DNA of 64,000 bases. Origin: Amphiscolops sp. MND2022. Its lineage: Eukaryota. The notes under the pieces were generated by a model that worked only from the letters and a program-made list of their open reading frames with translations, was not told where the DNA came from and ran no database searches. Below are positions 35,233-49,513 of the stretch, one piece after another. Location: positions 88,042,001 through 88,106,000 of the forward strand of contig OZ076409.1 of assembly GCA_964187785.1 (NCBI GenBank). The letters run 5' to 3'. How positions within the stretch are numbered: the stretch's first letter is position 1; every line of letters starts with the position of its first letter. Both the position numbers and the translations under genes were made by a program.

Positions 35233-35958
35233 TGTAACGTCAAGCTAGCAGCTACATTCCAGAACTGGGACAATGCCCAGGTTGCCTTAACAAGAGACCA
35301 ATGTCTTATAACAACCTAAACATTAGTTTTTGGTCCCAAATGGTCTCTGCAGGGACTTTTCCAAGACGCCGAGGAGATTCCTCATATTAGAGCTCCGTGG
35401 CGACGTGCCGGCACACTCAAAGTCCGGACACGTCCCACAAGCACGTAAAAACGGTCCTAAAGGCTTCCTGCGATCCTACATACCTCCGAGGTCCGAATAC
35501 TGGGGTTTTAGTCCATACTCATTTTATTGGGGAAACATTCTCTAAAGTACCAATCACAGGGATCTAGCAGATCCAGTATCACCACACATCCGTAAATCAA
35601 TATTAACAACATCAGAAATAATCAAAATAAACACTTCTGACATATTTCCACTGATTCTGCGGTTTTCTTCATGTTCTTCAAGCATGGGATATCTGAATTC
35701 TGGATCATTTCCTCATTTGAAACCTGCAAATACTGGGTGAGATGACACAATTCCGGGTTTTTCCGTGTCTATTCATGGTGGGGCGTCTCTTCTCTTCCTC
35801 TCCTGGGTCGGGGGCGTGTGGGTTGGGGCTTCTTGGGCGGGTTTTTCGTTCTTCTGTACGTCCTTTTCGATTTCAACGACCTGCTAGGTCGGCCATTTTG
35901 ATTCGCACCTTTTCGACTTTTTGAACGAAATTTTGGTACTTTACTGGTGGACGTTACA
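35233..35958 (-). repeat. 5' LTR of the giant element
   Basis: Direct repeat of 19521-20246, PBS adjacent, ATTT TSD outside. Confidence 0.96.
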
Positions 35959-36046
35959 ATTTTTACTCAGTTTCCAAGTGTTTTTTCTCTATTTTTAGAT
36001 TTTCGAGGAATAAATCCAGAAAAAAAGCCCAGTTAGATGGGCCACC

Positions 36047-36358
36047 CCAGTCAAACTCCCATACATTTTTTGCAAGAATCTTACAGAAGTGGTACATATC
36101 AGACACTATCTGCAAGAATCTTAGATTTCAGACAAACATGTCAGATTCTGGCAGATCAGACATTTCTTGCAGAGTCAGATGTTTCTTGCAAGATTCTTGC
36201 AGGTCAAGACATTTCTTGCACGATTCTTGGACGGGTCTTGCAAGACAATGTCTGAAACTTGAAAGACATTCTGCAAGAAAATGTCTGGAATGTACGGGAA
36301 ACGTCGAGATTCTTTTTTTCAAATAAACCAATTTTAAACCAAGAATATGTTCAAAATG
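36047..36358. repeat. MITE-like repeat with (CT)TGCAAGA palindromic subrepeats, cut by the gap
   Basis: Starts CCCAGTC like the 11513 element; many TCTTGCAAGA / CAGACATTTCTTGCA repeats. Confidence 0.55.
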
Positions 36359-36558
36359 NNNNNNNNNNNNNNNNNNNNNNNNNNNNNNNNNNNNNNNNNN
36401 NNNNNNNNNNNNNNNNNNNNNNNNNNNNNNNNNNNNNNNNNNNNNNNNNNNNNNNNNNNNNNNNNNNNNNNNNNNNNNNNNNNNNNNNNNNNNNNNNNNN
36501 NNNNNNNNNNNNNNNNNNNNNNNNNNNNNNNNNNNNNNNNNNNNNNNNNNNNNNNNNN
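36359..36558. other. Assembly gap (200 N)
   Basis: Run of exactly 200 N, a round placeholder length typical of scaffolding joins. Confidence 1.
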
Positions 36559-38914
36559 CACAAAATGTTTACTTTGAGATCCTTTGCTATTGGGTTTTTT
36601 CAAGGGCATGTTTTGCCTAATAACCACCCTTTGATTTTACCGTGTAAGCGTTTGACCGGACAATACCAGCTAATCAATGAGCAGATACATAGGAAAGCAT
36701 TATCGCCGCCTTCAACGGTTTTGCAACGGAAAAAATGAATTTTGGCGGGAAAAAGAAGGTGTAAAGGTAATGAGAAGCGAAGAGCGCGGGAGTCGAAAAG
36801 CAGTGTGAACAGAATCTGCGGCTCGTATCAAGATGAAGTTATACTAATTGAAATCCATTGGGACTCAAATGGGCGGTTTTGATTTCAGCTTGGAGGGGGA
36901 AAACATTGAAGAAGAAATTACAATTATCATTCGCTTCGAGTAGTTCCAACAAGGTTAATCCTGGACCCCGCTGCTGGTAGAATGGAGAGCTCTTCTTGCC
37001 TATAATTAATGCCCTAAATTGCACAATTCATCGGGAGCTTATGACGCACAAGCATTGTTCAAAAGATTACTTCTAAAGAAAAGCACCTTTTCGTTTTGTA
37101 TGAAAATTCTCCTAATTTCACCATCACTCAAAAAAAGATTCTTGACAATTTTCACCTTGGCTGATTTTTAGCGCTTCTGTCTTAGTTATGCTCAGTTTAT
37201 CGTCATTTCACTCCTCAAAATAACAGGAAGCTACTCCTGTTTTTCCGAGCTTTTTCCTGTCAGGCATCTTGAAGGCTTTCAATCCAATCAGAGAGAGGTA
37301 ATTTTGTTTATTGATTGCACTGGACTTTCCTTTACGCAGGAAAAGCGACAGGTATGAAGTTTCCAGAAACCCTTTAAGCATCTTTTAGCCTTTCTGTAGT
37401 TTATTCTTTCCATATGTTTAAATTGATTGGCCAGAAATAAAGGTAGTATATATTTGCTCCTAGAATAAAAAGGGATTAAAAAGCCTTTGGCAATATTTGC
37501 TTTCACATCATTGTGTTATTTCCAAGAAAAAGCAACGATGCTATATTTACTCTTAGGGATTTTCTCAGCCTCTCCATATGGAAATATATTGATTTATGTT
37601 ATCATACCGACTTGGTAATAAAAGGTTATTAAATATCGTGTTCCTGAATACTGTAGAATGACCTCGTTATCTAGATAGTATCCCCACACCTGAAATCTCA
37701 GACCTTAGTCCCCTAATCCCGTAATGCTAAGGTGAATGTAAGATTTATAGGAATTCTATAAGAAGTTTTAAAAACCATGAAAGCAGAAATTATCTGATAA
37801 AAATTTATTCAAAAGCCTTCAAAGGTTCCGTTATTTCGAACTTGACGTAAGAAAAATTATCAAAGGACTGAAGAAAACATGCATGTATGTTTTTTAATCG
37901 TAGAATGTTCCTTTTTACTTTACCAAGGCTCTAATCTAATCGGTGGTTACTCAAATAATTCCGTTGTTAATGCATCCTGCTATAATTGAAGGCGCCACCC
38001 GTAGTTTCTAATTTAGCTGTGAAATAATGAAGGTTACTATTTTTGACACTTTACTCGTGTAGTCGTGAGATTGCACTGATTTCGAATCACAGTTACCGCG
38101 TGAAATCTTGGTTATTGCACGGATTTAGCCAACTCCATTTAACCCACACACCGCTGGCATTTCACACCGGAAGTGATTCCTTCTTTTCTCCGATTGTAGC
38201 TCCTGTAGTTATTCTTTGTTTAAATTTCCTCTCGGTTGATTTTCTCCTCAAAACATTATTCGAGTCCTCGGGCTCATCAACCAAATATCTTTCCCAGAGA
38301 GTCTGTTGATTTTGATAACACATATTCGGAAGAACATAGCGGTCGCAAATACATTGCAATACATTTTATTCTATAATACATTTTGTTTATCATTCTGCTC
38401 ATAAAGTTCACTTTACCAAAATATTATTTAATTGACAATTACTGGCATAGTTTGGGGTGAGTGATAATGTTTATGATTCAAAAAAGAATTTGTGAGTTTA
38501 CGCTTCGTTTTGATCAATAATTTTGTTTTGAACCGCTGATAAAATTCTTTTTCCCTCAAACTTGTTGGGTTAGTTGATATCTGAGTGATCCTGTTTGAAC
38601 TCTTTGACAGTGGCGAACAAATAACGGAAAAAGTATTTCAAAGAAAAATGTGTTTCCCAAAAGTTGACAGCAAAACACTAGAACCTAGTTTATCAAAATT
38701 CATTGCTTATACTGGGGGATTTTGTCGTCAAAAAGTGAAAAAATATATATTAGCTTCGTGAAATTGATGTTCATGTTCGAAAATTGAACCGAAATTCAAT
38801 AATCCTGCGAAAAAAATCACAAAATGCAAACCTTATAAATCAAATCATTTGTTTCCTTTTCAGAACTTTTCAAAACAAATTTGACCTGAAACTACTGGAC
38901 CGCTGGAAACTCTT

Positions 38915-40040
38915 CGTTACTTAGTCTAGTAGTTAGGGTGCGTCGTTTGCTACCAGGAGTACATGGGTCCAACGCTCGCTCAGGATCTAAGTTTTTTCCA
39001 AACGGAACACTACTAAAACAGTTTTGTGATAAAAACGTATAAGTAAAACAAATGCACAGTAACTGAATAATTGACGTAGCACCCGAATTATATTAGGTGC
39101 TGCCATGTAGAAGGAAGTGGCATTCCTATCTAATTAACGTCGAACTTTTGCTTGTCAAATTGAATATTCGCAACTGTATACATTTCAAATGTATCTGTAA
39201 CTAGTATAGATTCCTGATAAAACGTATATAACGGCCCAAGTTGGAGCCCCGCTCAAGGTTCAAAAGAGTAAAGTTTTTTAATATGCAAAGGTACACTATT
39301 GTGAAAATGTTTCAAATTTACAGTGCTGATCATTACCAGAAGGGAGACCCATGAGGTTGCGAAAAAAGTCTTAGTGCCTAAAAAGGAGCTTTAAGCTAGC
39401 AAAACGCTTTTGCAAGCATACATTTTGTTTTCGTTCCAACGCAGGATTCGAACCCACGAACTCGTGAAACCCATTGAAAGAAACTCGAAAGGAAAAAAAT
39501 CACAAACATTTTGGACAACAAGTCTCACACAGCCATAAAAATGACACGGGGACGGTTCAATCTCATCCCATTTTGCAAATGCACGAAAACGTTTCTGAAT
39601 GAAGCAGGGATTCGAACCCGCGACCGTTGGGTTCCCCACAATCGGGTAATCTCTGTACCAAAAAGATGCACACCCAGGCTGAGCTCTGTGGTCTGACGAA
39701 TAAAAAGAGAAAAACTAGCCACAGTAATAGTACGACAGTACGACACTTCTCTCTTAGGAAAAGTGCCAACTAAAAATGCATCGTATCTGATTTTTTGACA
39801 GTATATCAGTATTTCTTGCCGGAAAAATAAGAGTTCGAATCTAACCAGTGTAGACCCTTTGCATCCTTTCAAAACATATCATCAAATGTCGGCCTTACCT
39901 ATCTTTTCAAATTCTAACTATTAAAAAACCCTTATCTCGATAACCATCTCTGAAAATGAGAAAAAAAATACAGTTTTTTTTAGTTGTTGGCGTTATATTC
40001 TTAACTCATTCGCGTTGCCAGGAAAAGGGCGAGGTTCGAA
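38915..40040. repeat. Cluster of degenerate tRNA-derived (SINE-like) heads
   Basis: B-box-like GGATTCGAACCC at ~39444 and ~39608, GAGTTCGAATC at ~39831 and GGTTCGAAC at ~40033; A-box-like TAGTCTAGTAGTTAGG at ~38922. Confidence 0.45.
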
Positions 40041-40111
40041 CTAAACAATTTTTGAACTTTTGTATCATCCAAAGCGAACTATTTTGATACCGCTTTTGAC
40101 AGAACGTATAT

Positions 40112-40227
40112 AACAAGACGCCTGCTAAGCAATGGGATATTTTCGGCTCAAAATATAACGCATGAGCCCGGTTCTAACCAATTACCTCGGGTCTGCCAGG
40201 CAGACGCACTACCAATTGCGCCATGGC
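40112..40227 (-). mobile_element. tRNA-derived SINE-like repeat, second copy
   Basis: Aligns by eye with 6962-7079 (AACAAGACGCC...TCTGCCAGGCAGA.GCACTACCAA.TGCGCCATGG). Confidence 0.7.
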
Positions 40228-42782
40228 GGAGATTTGGCAAGTGGAGTTCAAGTAATTAACATAGTTAAGTAAATATATAAAATAGTCAAGTAGCGGATGG
40301 AGATCGTGGATATTTGCCTGAATGTGGAAAAAAACGCAGAACTGATCATGATTTTCCTCCCGTGGGCGGAAAATTAAAAAAAGCGCTGAATACAAGTTTG
40401 TAATGTTAACCTCGACAGTACATTAAGAAGTAGAAAAATTGACAAAAATTTGGCAAATTTTTCCAAAGTTTCATTTCTCCACGAATAATAGCCGCAGCTT
40501 AAATCGGTCTTCTGCTCCTGAAAGCCCTTCATCTAAGCTTTCAAATGCACACTAGATAGGCTGGGCACACTAGCTCCGCCGGGCCTTTCAATTGCCGGTC
40601 AAACTGATAACTGAATCTTCATTGAAAGAACTTCTATATGTGTCTTCAATGATGGCCTACTGTGTTATTAGAGTGGGACGGTAACTTACCAACCAATTGC
40701 TCAATTATTGAGAAAAGGCAATGTCTCTGAAATGTGAAATTTTGCAATTTTTCACTTTTTTCCAGTTACTTTTTTTGCCAGTGGCTCGGAAAAAAAGCTG
40801 TATGGACACAGATAACAACTCACCCCAGATACTCTAATAGATTGTTGACAAAAAGACAAATTTTTGTTTTCCTACATTTTTTTGCGTTTCGTAATTTTTT
40901 ATTGATTGCGAAAAAAAAATCGTTGTCCCCATTTGAGGACGAAATCACTGTCGAGGCTAAGGATCTTTGTTCCTTCGAACTCTTCAACTATTTTTGGATG
41001 TAGATGACATTTTTATGGAAAAAACGCGAATATATTTTTTTCGGTTTTGTCAGTATAATACGAAATTTTTTATGTCTTGTCAGGAAAACAGTAGAGGGTC
41101 GAAATTAACCACTGTCTATTTTTTTTCTCTTTAAATTGTGGCTATTACTATTATAGCACTGTTATCTGACTCAAGGTCAAACAACGATGAAAATTCACTT
41201 TATCCGAGTTATTGATATATATCCAGGTTACACTGCGACTTGTCAGGAAAAAGGCGAGATTTCAATTTCAAGATGAACGGTAACAAAATCATTTTAATAT
41301 AACCTTTTTATTAGAAAAACATCAAAAATGCGTTTACATGAACTTTTTAAAATTTTACCCTTGATTTTTTCAAGTTTGTCCACTAAGAAGTCGGGAAGCT
41401 GTCATTTTTTCAGGTGCCAAACTTTCAGTTTTTGCCGACTTATAAGTAACTTGGTTTATCTAGCACTAAATTTAATAATTGGTGTCGAAATGCTTTGAAA
41501 ACGGGCGCCAACGTTTCAAGGGCTACCCTTTCATTTCAACTAGGCATCTTGTCCGAAAAAAGCAAGAATTTCGATTTTTACAACTTTCCCTTTAAAAAAT
41601 ATTTGAAGTAGTATGCAAAACTTCAGGGAAACAACAAATTCAACTTGTTGACTTCGAGCCATTACGTTTTCAACTCAAGGCGCGTTCTTGTTAGTCAAAG
41701 ACTTCTCTTAAGCTTCTTAAGTTTTTTGAGTGTCAGTTGTGAGTTGAAACTTTGGGTGAGAAGAAATTGACCGGACAATAAAAATGATGTCTTCTACAGC
41801 TGAAAATTTGTCCGTTATTCTTTGACTTTCTTTTACATACTGAACGAATTACAGGAAATGACTAGAGAAGTTTTAAATTCTCGGTGCAAAACTTGTTTTC
41901 TTGTTGAATTTTCTCCTTTCACCATAGAAGACCTGAAAGATAACTTTTGAAACGGCCAGTGAGCCAAAAAATACAAAATTAAACAGAATATCAATGAATT
42001 TGATTGCATTCCAGTCACAACCATTTAATCTATTTTTTTTTCAGCATTATATTTTGTTTTTTATGTGTTTATGTGACCTTGAATATGAGAAGTATTTGTC
42101 TTGATTAAACTCAAGGTATGTTAAATTATAATAATGAATGGCAGAATAGATAACAACAGAAGTCAATATCAAAACTGGCACATATATTGCTTAAGTAATT
42201 GACATTTTATTGCAATTTAATTCGATTCGAATTAGCTAGAAGTGAACTTGGGACTTATGCAGAATGCAACAACTATTTGTATTAATGAAACTTGCTATTT
42301 TCGATACGAGGGAACCGAATTAAGTAAATTGGAAGAATTTAAAAATTTAAAGCCTGATTCGAAAAAAGTTCTTCCCAATTGCGAGAGTGAATATCGAAAA
42401 ACTAGAGTGAATCTACTAAATTGGCGCCTTTTCGAGTACTATCTCTCCATGGCTAGCTTTGGTACCATATTCCATTCAAACAATGGTCAGCCTGCAAAAA
42501 GTCGGCGTGCTCACCGTTGCTCTTTTTTTTATTTTATTCGCCGAATATATTTTTGTTGCCCGCCGCTTGACAATATTTTTGTCAAGACGGTGCCGCTAAG
42601 CTAAGGATGAAGGACTTGCTTAACAACCAACAATGGTGAGTTGAGAGAGATTCGAAGGTGATACCGCCCAATACAATTCCAATGCTGCAGCCACTTTACC
42701 AATCTCTTTTAGGATTTGCGACTCAGGCAGGCTTAAATAGTTCAATTTACCGAAACATTATGAAATGAACCTGTCTGTCAGA

Positions 42783-42860
42783 AACTGCCAATTTTCACGG
42801 CAAGCTACTTCTAAAGGATTTAACTGCCAATTTTCACGGCAAGCTACTTCTAAAGGATTT
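42783..42860 (+). repeat. Perfect 39-bp tandem duplication
   Basis: AACTGCCAATTTTCACGGCAAGCTACTTCTAAAGGATTT occurs twice in tandem. Confidence 0.95.
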
Positions 42861-43280
42861 TCAAACTCGAGCAGATTCTATCGTTTGGCTTTCATCATGG
42901 TTTGGTTCCAAGTATTACCTTAATGCCTGGGTAGCTTAAGGTACACCATTTGCCAACACGCAGCCTGGAGTCTTTTGCCAGTTGAAAAGTTTGTTTACAC
43001 ACAACCAATAGCTTCTGCTTTCTCAAAGCCTTAGCTAGAAAAACACTTTCAACAAATTTCATCATTAGGTTTTTCAAAGATTAACAGTGACCTATTGTTT
43101 TATATTGTGTCGTAATTCACCGTGGTTGAAGCTTGAACTGCATATTTCTATTTATTTTTTACTCGTTAATTTTTTCTGAAATGGTCCTAAAAAATTAGTT
43201 TTAGCCTCATGATGAAAACCATATGGAACAATAGCCCATGAACATACCAAAAGAATATGACTTTTCGTTCAACTTTTTGA

Positions 43281-45870
43281 GGTCGGTAGAATAGAGCGCA
43301 AATTTTCTTTCCACAAACTCACACTGTGTAAATTATTAGGTCTGTCATTTGTGTTTTTTATTAGTACCTGACAACTAAATGCAGAAGAAGCGTTAGCTGA
43401 ATGATATTGAAAAAAAATGAACTCAGTTTAGTTTGAAGAGTACATGGGTTTCCATAAGAAAAAAATACAACATGGCGCAGTCAGAATAACCATTGGGTTG
43501 GGGTGATATCAGATCACCATAAACCCGAGACAACAAACAACAAAATGAAAATAGAGAAACAATCCCAAGAAGTGGGCAACAGCAATGACGACAGCGGAAT
43601 CATGATCAAGTGGACAACTGCTACCCAATGACACAATGAACAGGACCACCGGCCGGACTTGCACCCAAAAACTCGTCAATCCAAGAATCGACAAACACGA
43701 AAAAACCTATGCCACAACGTGGTGGAGGAAAATTGTACAGCATATAAGGATGAAAAAAGACATGGACCTTTTAATAATGATAAACAGCAAAGAAAAACTG
43801 CCGTATTACAGTGATCATTTGGGAACGGAGAGAAAAGATGTTTTTCTATGGGCACTTAGACCGATTGTTATGACGGAGATAACGAAAACGTTTAGAGGAA
43901 AAGAACTAAGCTCACAACTGTTTCAAAAGCTATACGCACTGTTTCGATTACTTTTTACCCCAGAAAGAAACGTGCAACAATGCAGAACAGACTTTTTTGA
44001 CCTCAAACGAGAAATTGGCGAATCAACAGCGGATGTTTGGAATCGTACACTGGACTTGGAAAATTTAGGAATTCGAGACCATAACCGCAGCTGAACTATT
44101 GGCTTCAAAATTCTTATCTTTTGTTGAAAAGTCAAGCATTGTTTACGAATTCAAGAAAAGATTTAGAAAAAGCGGCATGTCGGTGGAACAATAATAACCG
44201 ATGCCATACATGAGTAGATGTATGAAATGTTAAAAGGATCACTCGAGACATAAGAAGAGAAAACATTTCGCTACCTCAGCAAAAGGAGAATAAAATCCAC
44301 AAACGATTCATTCTGTCGATAAACCAACGAAATTCGGAAAAATGGACTATATCAAGTGCGGGCTCCAACTGTCAAAGATAACATGAATGCCCTGCCAGTG
44401 GGACTAAATGCGTAAAATGCGGCAAAGTATGTCACCCCTTCAAAATGTTTCCGATCAAATGAAACCATATAAAAAAACAAACCAGGAGCGCGGGAGAAGA
44501 CAACTGGTCACTGGACACCGTCCACCCAATAAAACAAAAAAAACCATTAAATGCGTTTCACAAATAACAGTATTCCGGAGTTCTACACATTTAACACAAT
44601 GGTCAACAATCATTCCTTCAAATTTATCATAGATAGCAATTAACTTTAATATTGAAAACGAAGTCATATTTCAACAAAATAATACCACTACGTCCATTAA
44701 TAACAGAATACTGCGATGAAAACGACAACCGCATACGATTTGATAGAAAAACACTAACAAACATTGAAATTGACAGAAAACAAAAACGCTCAGAAATTTT
44801 GATCACGACAAAGAAGACAAATCCGTATTGGGCTGAGACTGGATGAAGGGCTGAGTGATTTCTGATTCACGAGTGTTTCTTCGCATAAACCACAAATAGC
44901 CATATCGGAAAAGAATCACACGAACACCACTCCGGACAGCTAGATATTACACAGGAAAAATATAAGTAATCCAGTACCTCACTTTAAACAGTAACACAAC
45001 AACAGAGGAACCGTATCTCGAGGACCAGAAAGCCGGTTTACAAGATCACTATCCAACAGCCGAAAGCGAAAGTGACAATAAACGACAGGGACAGCGAGCC
45101 TGAAACACCCACAATGGAACTAGAGAGCCCGAGGACTCCAGAGTTGATACACAACGCCTTACTTCAAACTGTCCCCTAAGCTCAACAGGTAACATACTGA
45201 CGACAAAAGACAGCACTGGTGCGCTGACAATCGTACCGCCCTTGTGACGGACCCGAAGATTGACCGTGTCATAGGCGACGCTAAACGCATTGAAACTTCT
45301 GACCTATGGCTAGCAAGCAATTTGAGCTCAAATACCGAACTAGAAACTGATCCTAAACCTAAAAGAAAAAAATACTGTACACAGATGAAAGAGACAGACA
45401 AAAACCATTCCGATTGTTATGTTTTATAACCCAATATGTCGTGGTTACAGGAAACACCGTAAACAGACTGAGTTCTGGGACCACACTGAGTCAACTGGAC
45501 ACAGAGCTGGGGATAGAAGACAAGAGTCCACTACAAACCAATCAATAAATCTAAATCAGACATTACCGTCAGTCAACAGCAAAAGCTGCCAATGGTCACC
45601 CGTCCACCAAACAACGGACTAGTGGAAGAACACCTGCCACCAAGAAGTTACGTGCAACACCATTGGCCGGACATCAGTTGAGAGGTACTGTAGTAGAACG
45701 CGAAAAGTCCTAATCTACAAACTCAAATTTAAATTGATTACTCTGTCATTTGTGTAATTATTAGTACCTGTCAACTACGCGCAGAAGAAGCTTAATCTGA
45801 ACCATGTTGAAAGCCGATTGAGTACAATTTAGTTTGATGGATACATTTTTTTCAAATGAGACTACAGAAT
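43281..45870 (+). mobile_element. Old, internally deleted Gypsy relic related to the element at 59370-64000
   Basis: Diverged LTR pair (TCTGTCATTTGTGT..TTAGTACCTG..GCAGAAGAAGC at 43341 and 45743) and PBS TGGCGCAGTC at 43473. Gag and PR remnants. The C-terminal remnant ETSDL.LASNLSS..YRKHRKQT matches the tail of ORF 59537-64000. Ends approximate. Confidence 0.8.
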
Positions 45871-46002
45871 CCAACATGGCCATAACTGCAACGAAATCAA
45901 CAAACAGGACATTTTGTTTCGCAATTTTTGCTGCAAAGAGACTGTACTGAACTACGTAAAAAAGTTTCAACATTTTATCATCGGTAAACAAGGATTGGAC
46001 TT

Positions 46003-49000
46003 GAAACACCAAAAGGCTGAGCTGAACAAAAATGCTTGTTATGGATGAGCCAAGAGTCACTCCTTTGGGTCTTTTTGGGAGTGTGCGACATTTTTCCAGA
46101 GATGAGATTTTCCAAAAAAACAGCTGTTTTTTCTCTCTCATCAAAAAATCTTCTTTCACTCTTCAACGTTGCCTTTGATCCATGTAGAAATTTTGAAGTT
46201 GTTTCTCACTTAGTAGTCCCCACAGGGTGAGCGTTTACAATATACCCGTGTTGAGCTTCTGTTCTTTTTCAACTCAACTATATGAAAACCTATTTTGGAT
46301 ACCTTTTTTGATGAAGATAGAGCTTTATACGAATTGCTGGTATTTTCCTGATTCATTTTCTCTTGACAGGAGTAATGTAGGGTTCAAGTTTATTCGTTTT
46401 CAAATTCCAACATTAACTATATTAGAATTGTTGTGTGACAGAACGTATATTACAACAAAAATACTGTTTTTAAATTGAAATAATTTTACCAAATTATGTC
46501 GTGTAAAAGATAAAAGGATAAGCGGAGGAAATATGCGTCAGGTTTTCAGATTATTAGAGGCATTTTAGTTGAAATTATTCCGTCGCTTTTTCGTTTCCAA
46601 GCAATTGAATTCCGTGAGTGCCAATTTGGCATCCAAAGGTCTCCTAAAACAGTTTTTGAAAAGCATATCAGAGCCAATGGACATCTTATTTTTAGTCGGC
46701 GTTTTCTTAGAAAGCGCAGACTATACTAGTGGCTCTTTTATGACCGACGAAGTGACAGATTTTATAAATTTCTATAAATTTTGTTCATTTTCTTCAACTT
46801 GCAGACAAGTGAACTACGGACCTACAAAACGTACTAGAACCTCACAAACATACCAAGAGTTCCTTTGGCTACCTTGGTATTTTTAACTTTGATTTTGTTG
46901 GCACTTTGAGGCTTGTTTTCCAAAATTTTTCGGTGCTTTCTTAGAACATACATAACATCTAACACGTACATAAATTCGGATAAAACGTCTTCAAAGTTCT
47001 GATATAACCTTGTCATTTCTCCTATAACTTTATTGATTTTCCACCAAAATTTCACATAATTTGCGGCCAATGTAAAGCTTTTGGGTCAGGCTTTCAGTCT
47101 ATGACTTTTTTAAATTTTCGAAAAATCTTTATTAAACAAGTGATACTAAAACCACTTTTGTGCCTTGAGCTGGGCACCGACTTGAGCCGTTCCCGGCTCG
47201 TTGATAATCTCTCAGTTTTAAAATGACCATTATCCGATGAAGCAACTCGTTTTTGTAAGTTTGGTGAACATTTTGAGGAAAGCCGAAGAGAAAAAACTCA
47301 ATTGATAATGGATTCGCAGCACTTTTTTCAAAAATGAATTGTTCAGTATTTCGTTTGAAATGTGCCTCAAATAACCTTTAAATTTTCGGAAAATTTACAG
47401 CCCGATATAACATTACCCGATACAACCTTAGGGTGTCAAATAGATTCCCCTTCGAGTAGGAAGTGTATTCAGCCCAAATGTATCACGATGGGACTTTTTT
47501 TCTGGGCTGAGAGTTTTGAATTTAGGAAACAACTCCTGTGCACCATCTCGTTTCTTGAGCATGGTACCAACTTGCACCGATCCAGGCTTATTATGACTGA
47601 CTTTTTGTGACTTGAATGTTCTTTTTGCACATTTAAGCTTCATGTATTTTGAAATATCATATACGTCATCACTTCCTCGCGTCTTGAAAAACTTCTGGCT
47701 GTTCTTGCAAAAAAATAAGAGCATTCAACTTTTGACCACAGCAACGGCCTGAGAAACACCAAAAGGCTGGGCTGAACAAAAATGCTTGTTATGGATGAGC
47801 CAAGAGTCACACCTTTGGGTCTTTTTGGGAGTGTGCGACATTTTTCCAGAGATGAGATTTTCCAAAAAAACAGCTGTTTTTTCTCTCTCATCAAAAAATC
47901 TTCTTTCACTCTTCAACGTTGCCTTTGATCCATGTAGAAATTTTGAAGTTGTTTCTCACTTAGTAGTCCCCACAGGGTGAGCGTTTACAATATACCCGTG
48001 TTGAGCTTCTGTTCTTTTTCAACTCAACTATATGAAAACCTATTTTGGATACCTTTTTTGATGAAGATAGAGCTTTATACGAATTGCTGGTATTTTCCTG
48101 ATTCATTTTCTCTTGACAGGAGTAATGTAGGGTTCAAGTTTATTCGTTTTCAAATTCCAACATTAACTATATTAGAATTGTTGTGTGACAGAACGTATAT
48201 TACAACAAAAATACTGTTTTTAAATTGAAATAATTTTACCAAATTATGTCGTGTAAAAGATAAAAGGATAAGCGGAGGAAATATGCGTCAGGTTTTCAGA
48301 TTATTAGAGGCATTTTAGTTGAAATTATTCCGTCGCTTTTTCGTTTCCAAGCAATTGAATTCCGTGAGTGCCAATTTGGCATCCAAAGGTCTCCTAAAAC
48401 AGTTTTTGAAAAGCATATCAGAGCCAATGGACATCTTATTTTTAGTCGGCGTTTTCTTAGAAAGCGCAGACTATACTAGTGGCTCTTTTATGACCGACGA
48501 AGTGACAGATTTTATAAATTTCTATAAATTTTGTTCATTTTCTTCAACTTGCAGACAAGTGAACTACGGACCTACAAAACGTACTAGAACCTCACAAACA
48601 TACCAAGAGTTCCTTTGGCTACCTTGGTATTTTTAACTTTGATTTTGTTGGCACTTTGAGGCTTGTTTTCCAAAATTTTTCGGTGCTTTCTTAGAACATA
48701 CATAACATCTAACACGTACATAAATTCGGATAAAACGTCTTCAAAGTTCTGATATAACCTTGTCATTTCTCCTATAACTTTATTGATTTTCCACCAAAAT
48801 TTCACATAATTTGCGGCCAATGTAAAGCTTTTGGGTCAGGCTTTCAGTCTATGACTTTTTTAAATTTTCGAAAAATCTTTATTAAACAAGTGATACTAAA
48901 ACCACTTTTGTGCCTTGAGCTGGGCACCGACTTGAGCCGTTCCCGGCTCGTTGATAATCTCTCAGTTTTAAAATGACCATTATCCGATGAAGCAACAAGC

Positions 49001-49513
49001 AACTCGTTTTTGTAAGTTTGGTGAACATTTTGAGGAAAGCCGAAGAGAAAAAACTCAATTGATAATGGATTCGCAGCACTTTTTTCAAAAATGAATTGTT
49101 CAGTATTTCGTTTGAAATGTGCCTCAAATAACCTTTAAATTTTCGGAAAATTTACAGCCCGATATAACATTACCCGATACAACCTTAGGGTGTCAAATAG
49201 ATTCCCCTTCGAGTAGGAAGTGTATTCAGCCCAAATGTTTCACGATGGGACTTTTTTTCTGGGCTGAGAGTTTTGAATTTAGGAAACAACTCCTGTGCAC
49301 CATCTCGTTTCTTGAGCATGGTACCAACTTGCACCGATCCAGGCTTATTATGACTGACTTTTTGTGACTTGAATGTTCTTTTTGCACATTTAAGCTTCAT
49401 GTATTTTGAAATATCATATACGTCATCACTTCCTCGCGTCTTGAAAAACTTCTGGCTGTTCTTGCAAAAAAATAAGAGCATTCAACTTTTGACCACAGCA
49501 ACGGCCTGAGAAA
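46003..49513 (+). repeat. Near-identical 1.75-kb tandem duplication (46003-47752 / 47753-49513)
   Basis: Duplicated ORF set at offset 1750/1757. About 3 substitutions plus a 7-bp indel seen, and GAAA microhomology at the junction. Confidence 0.95.

Larger units (their letters stand above)
19521..35958 (-). mobile_element. Giant (16,438 bp) Ty3/Gypsy LTR retrotransposon
   Basis: Two 726-bp LTRs with TGTAACGTC...GACGTTACA ends (4 differences seen), a 4-bp TSD ATTT (19517-19520 and 35959-35962), PBS, PPT and gag-pol. Confidence 0.97.

Noticed and set aside
36259..36738. ORFs spanning the N run
   Set aside because: Artefacts of translating through the gap.
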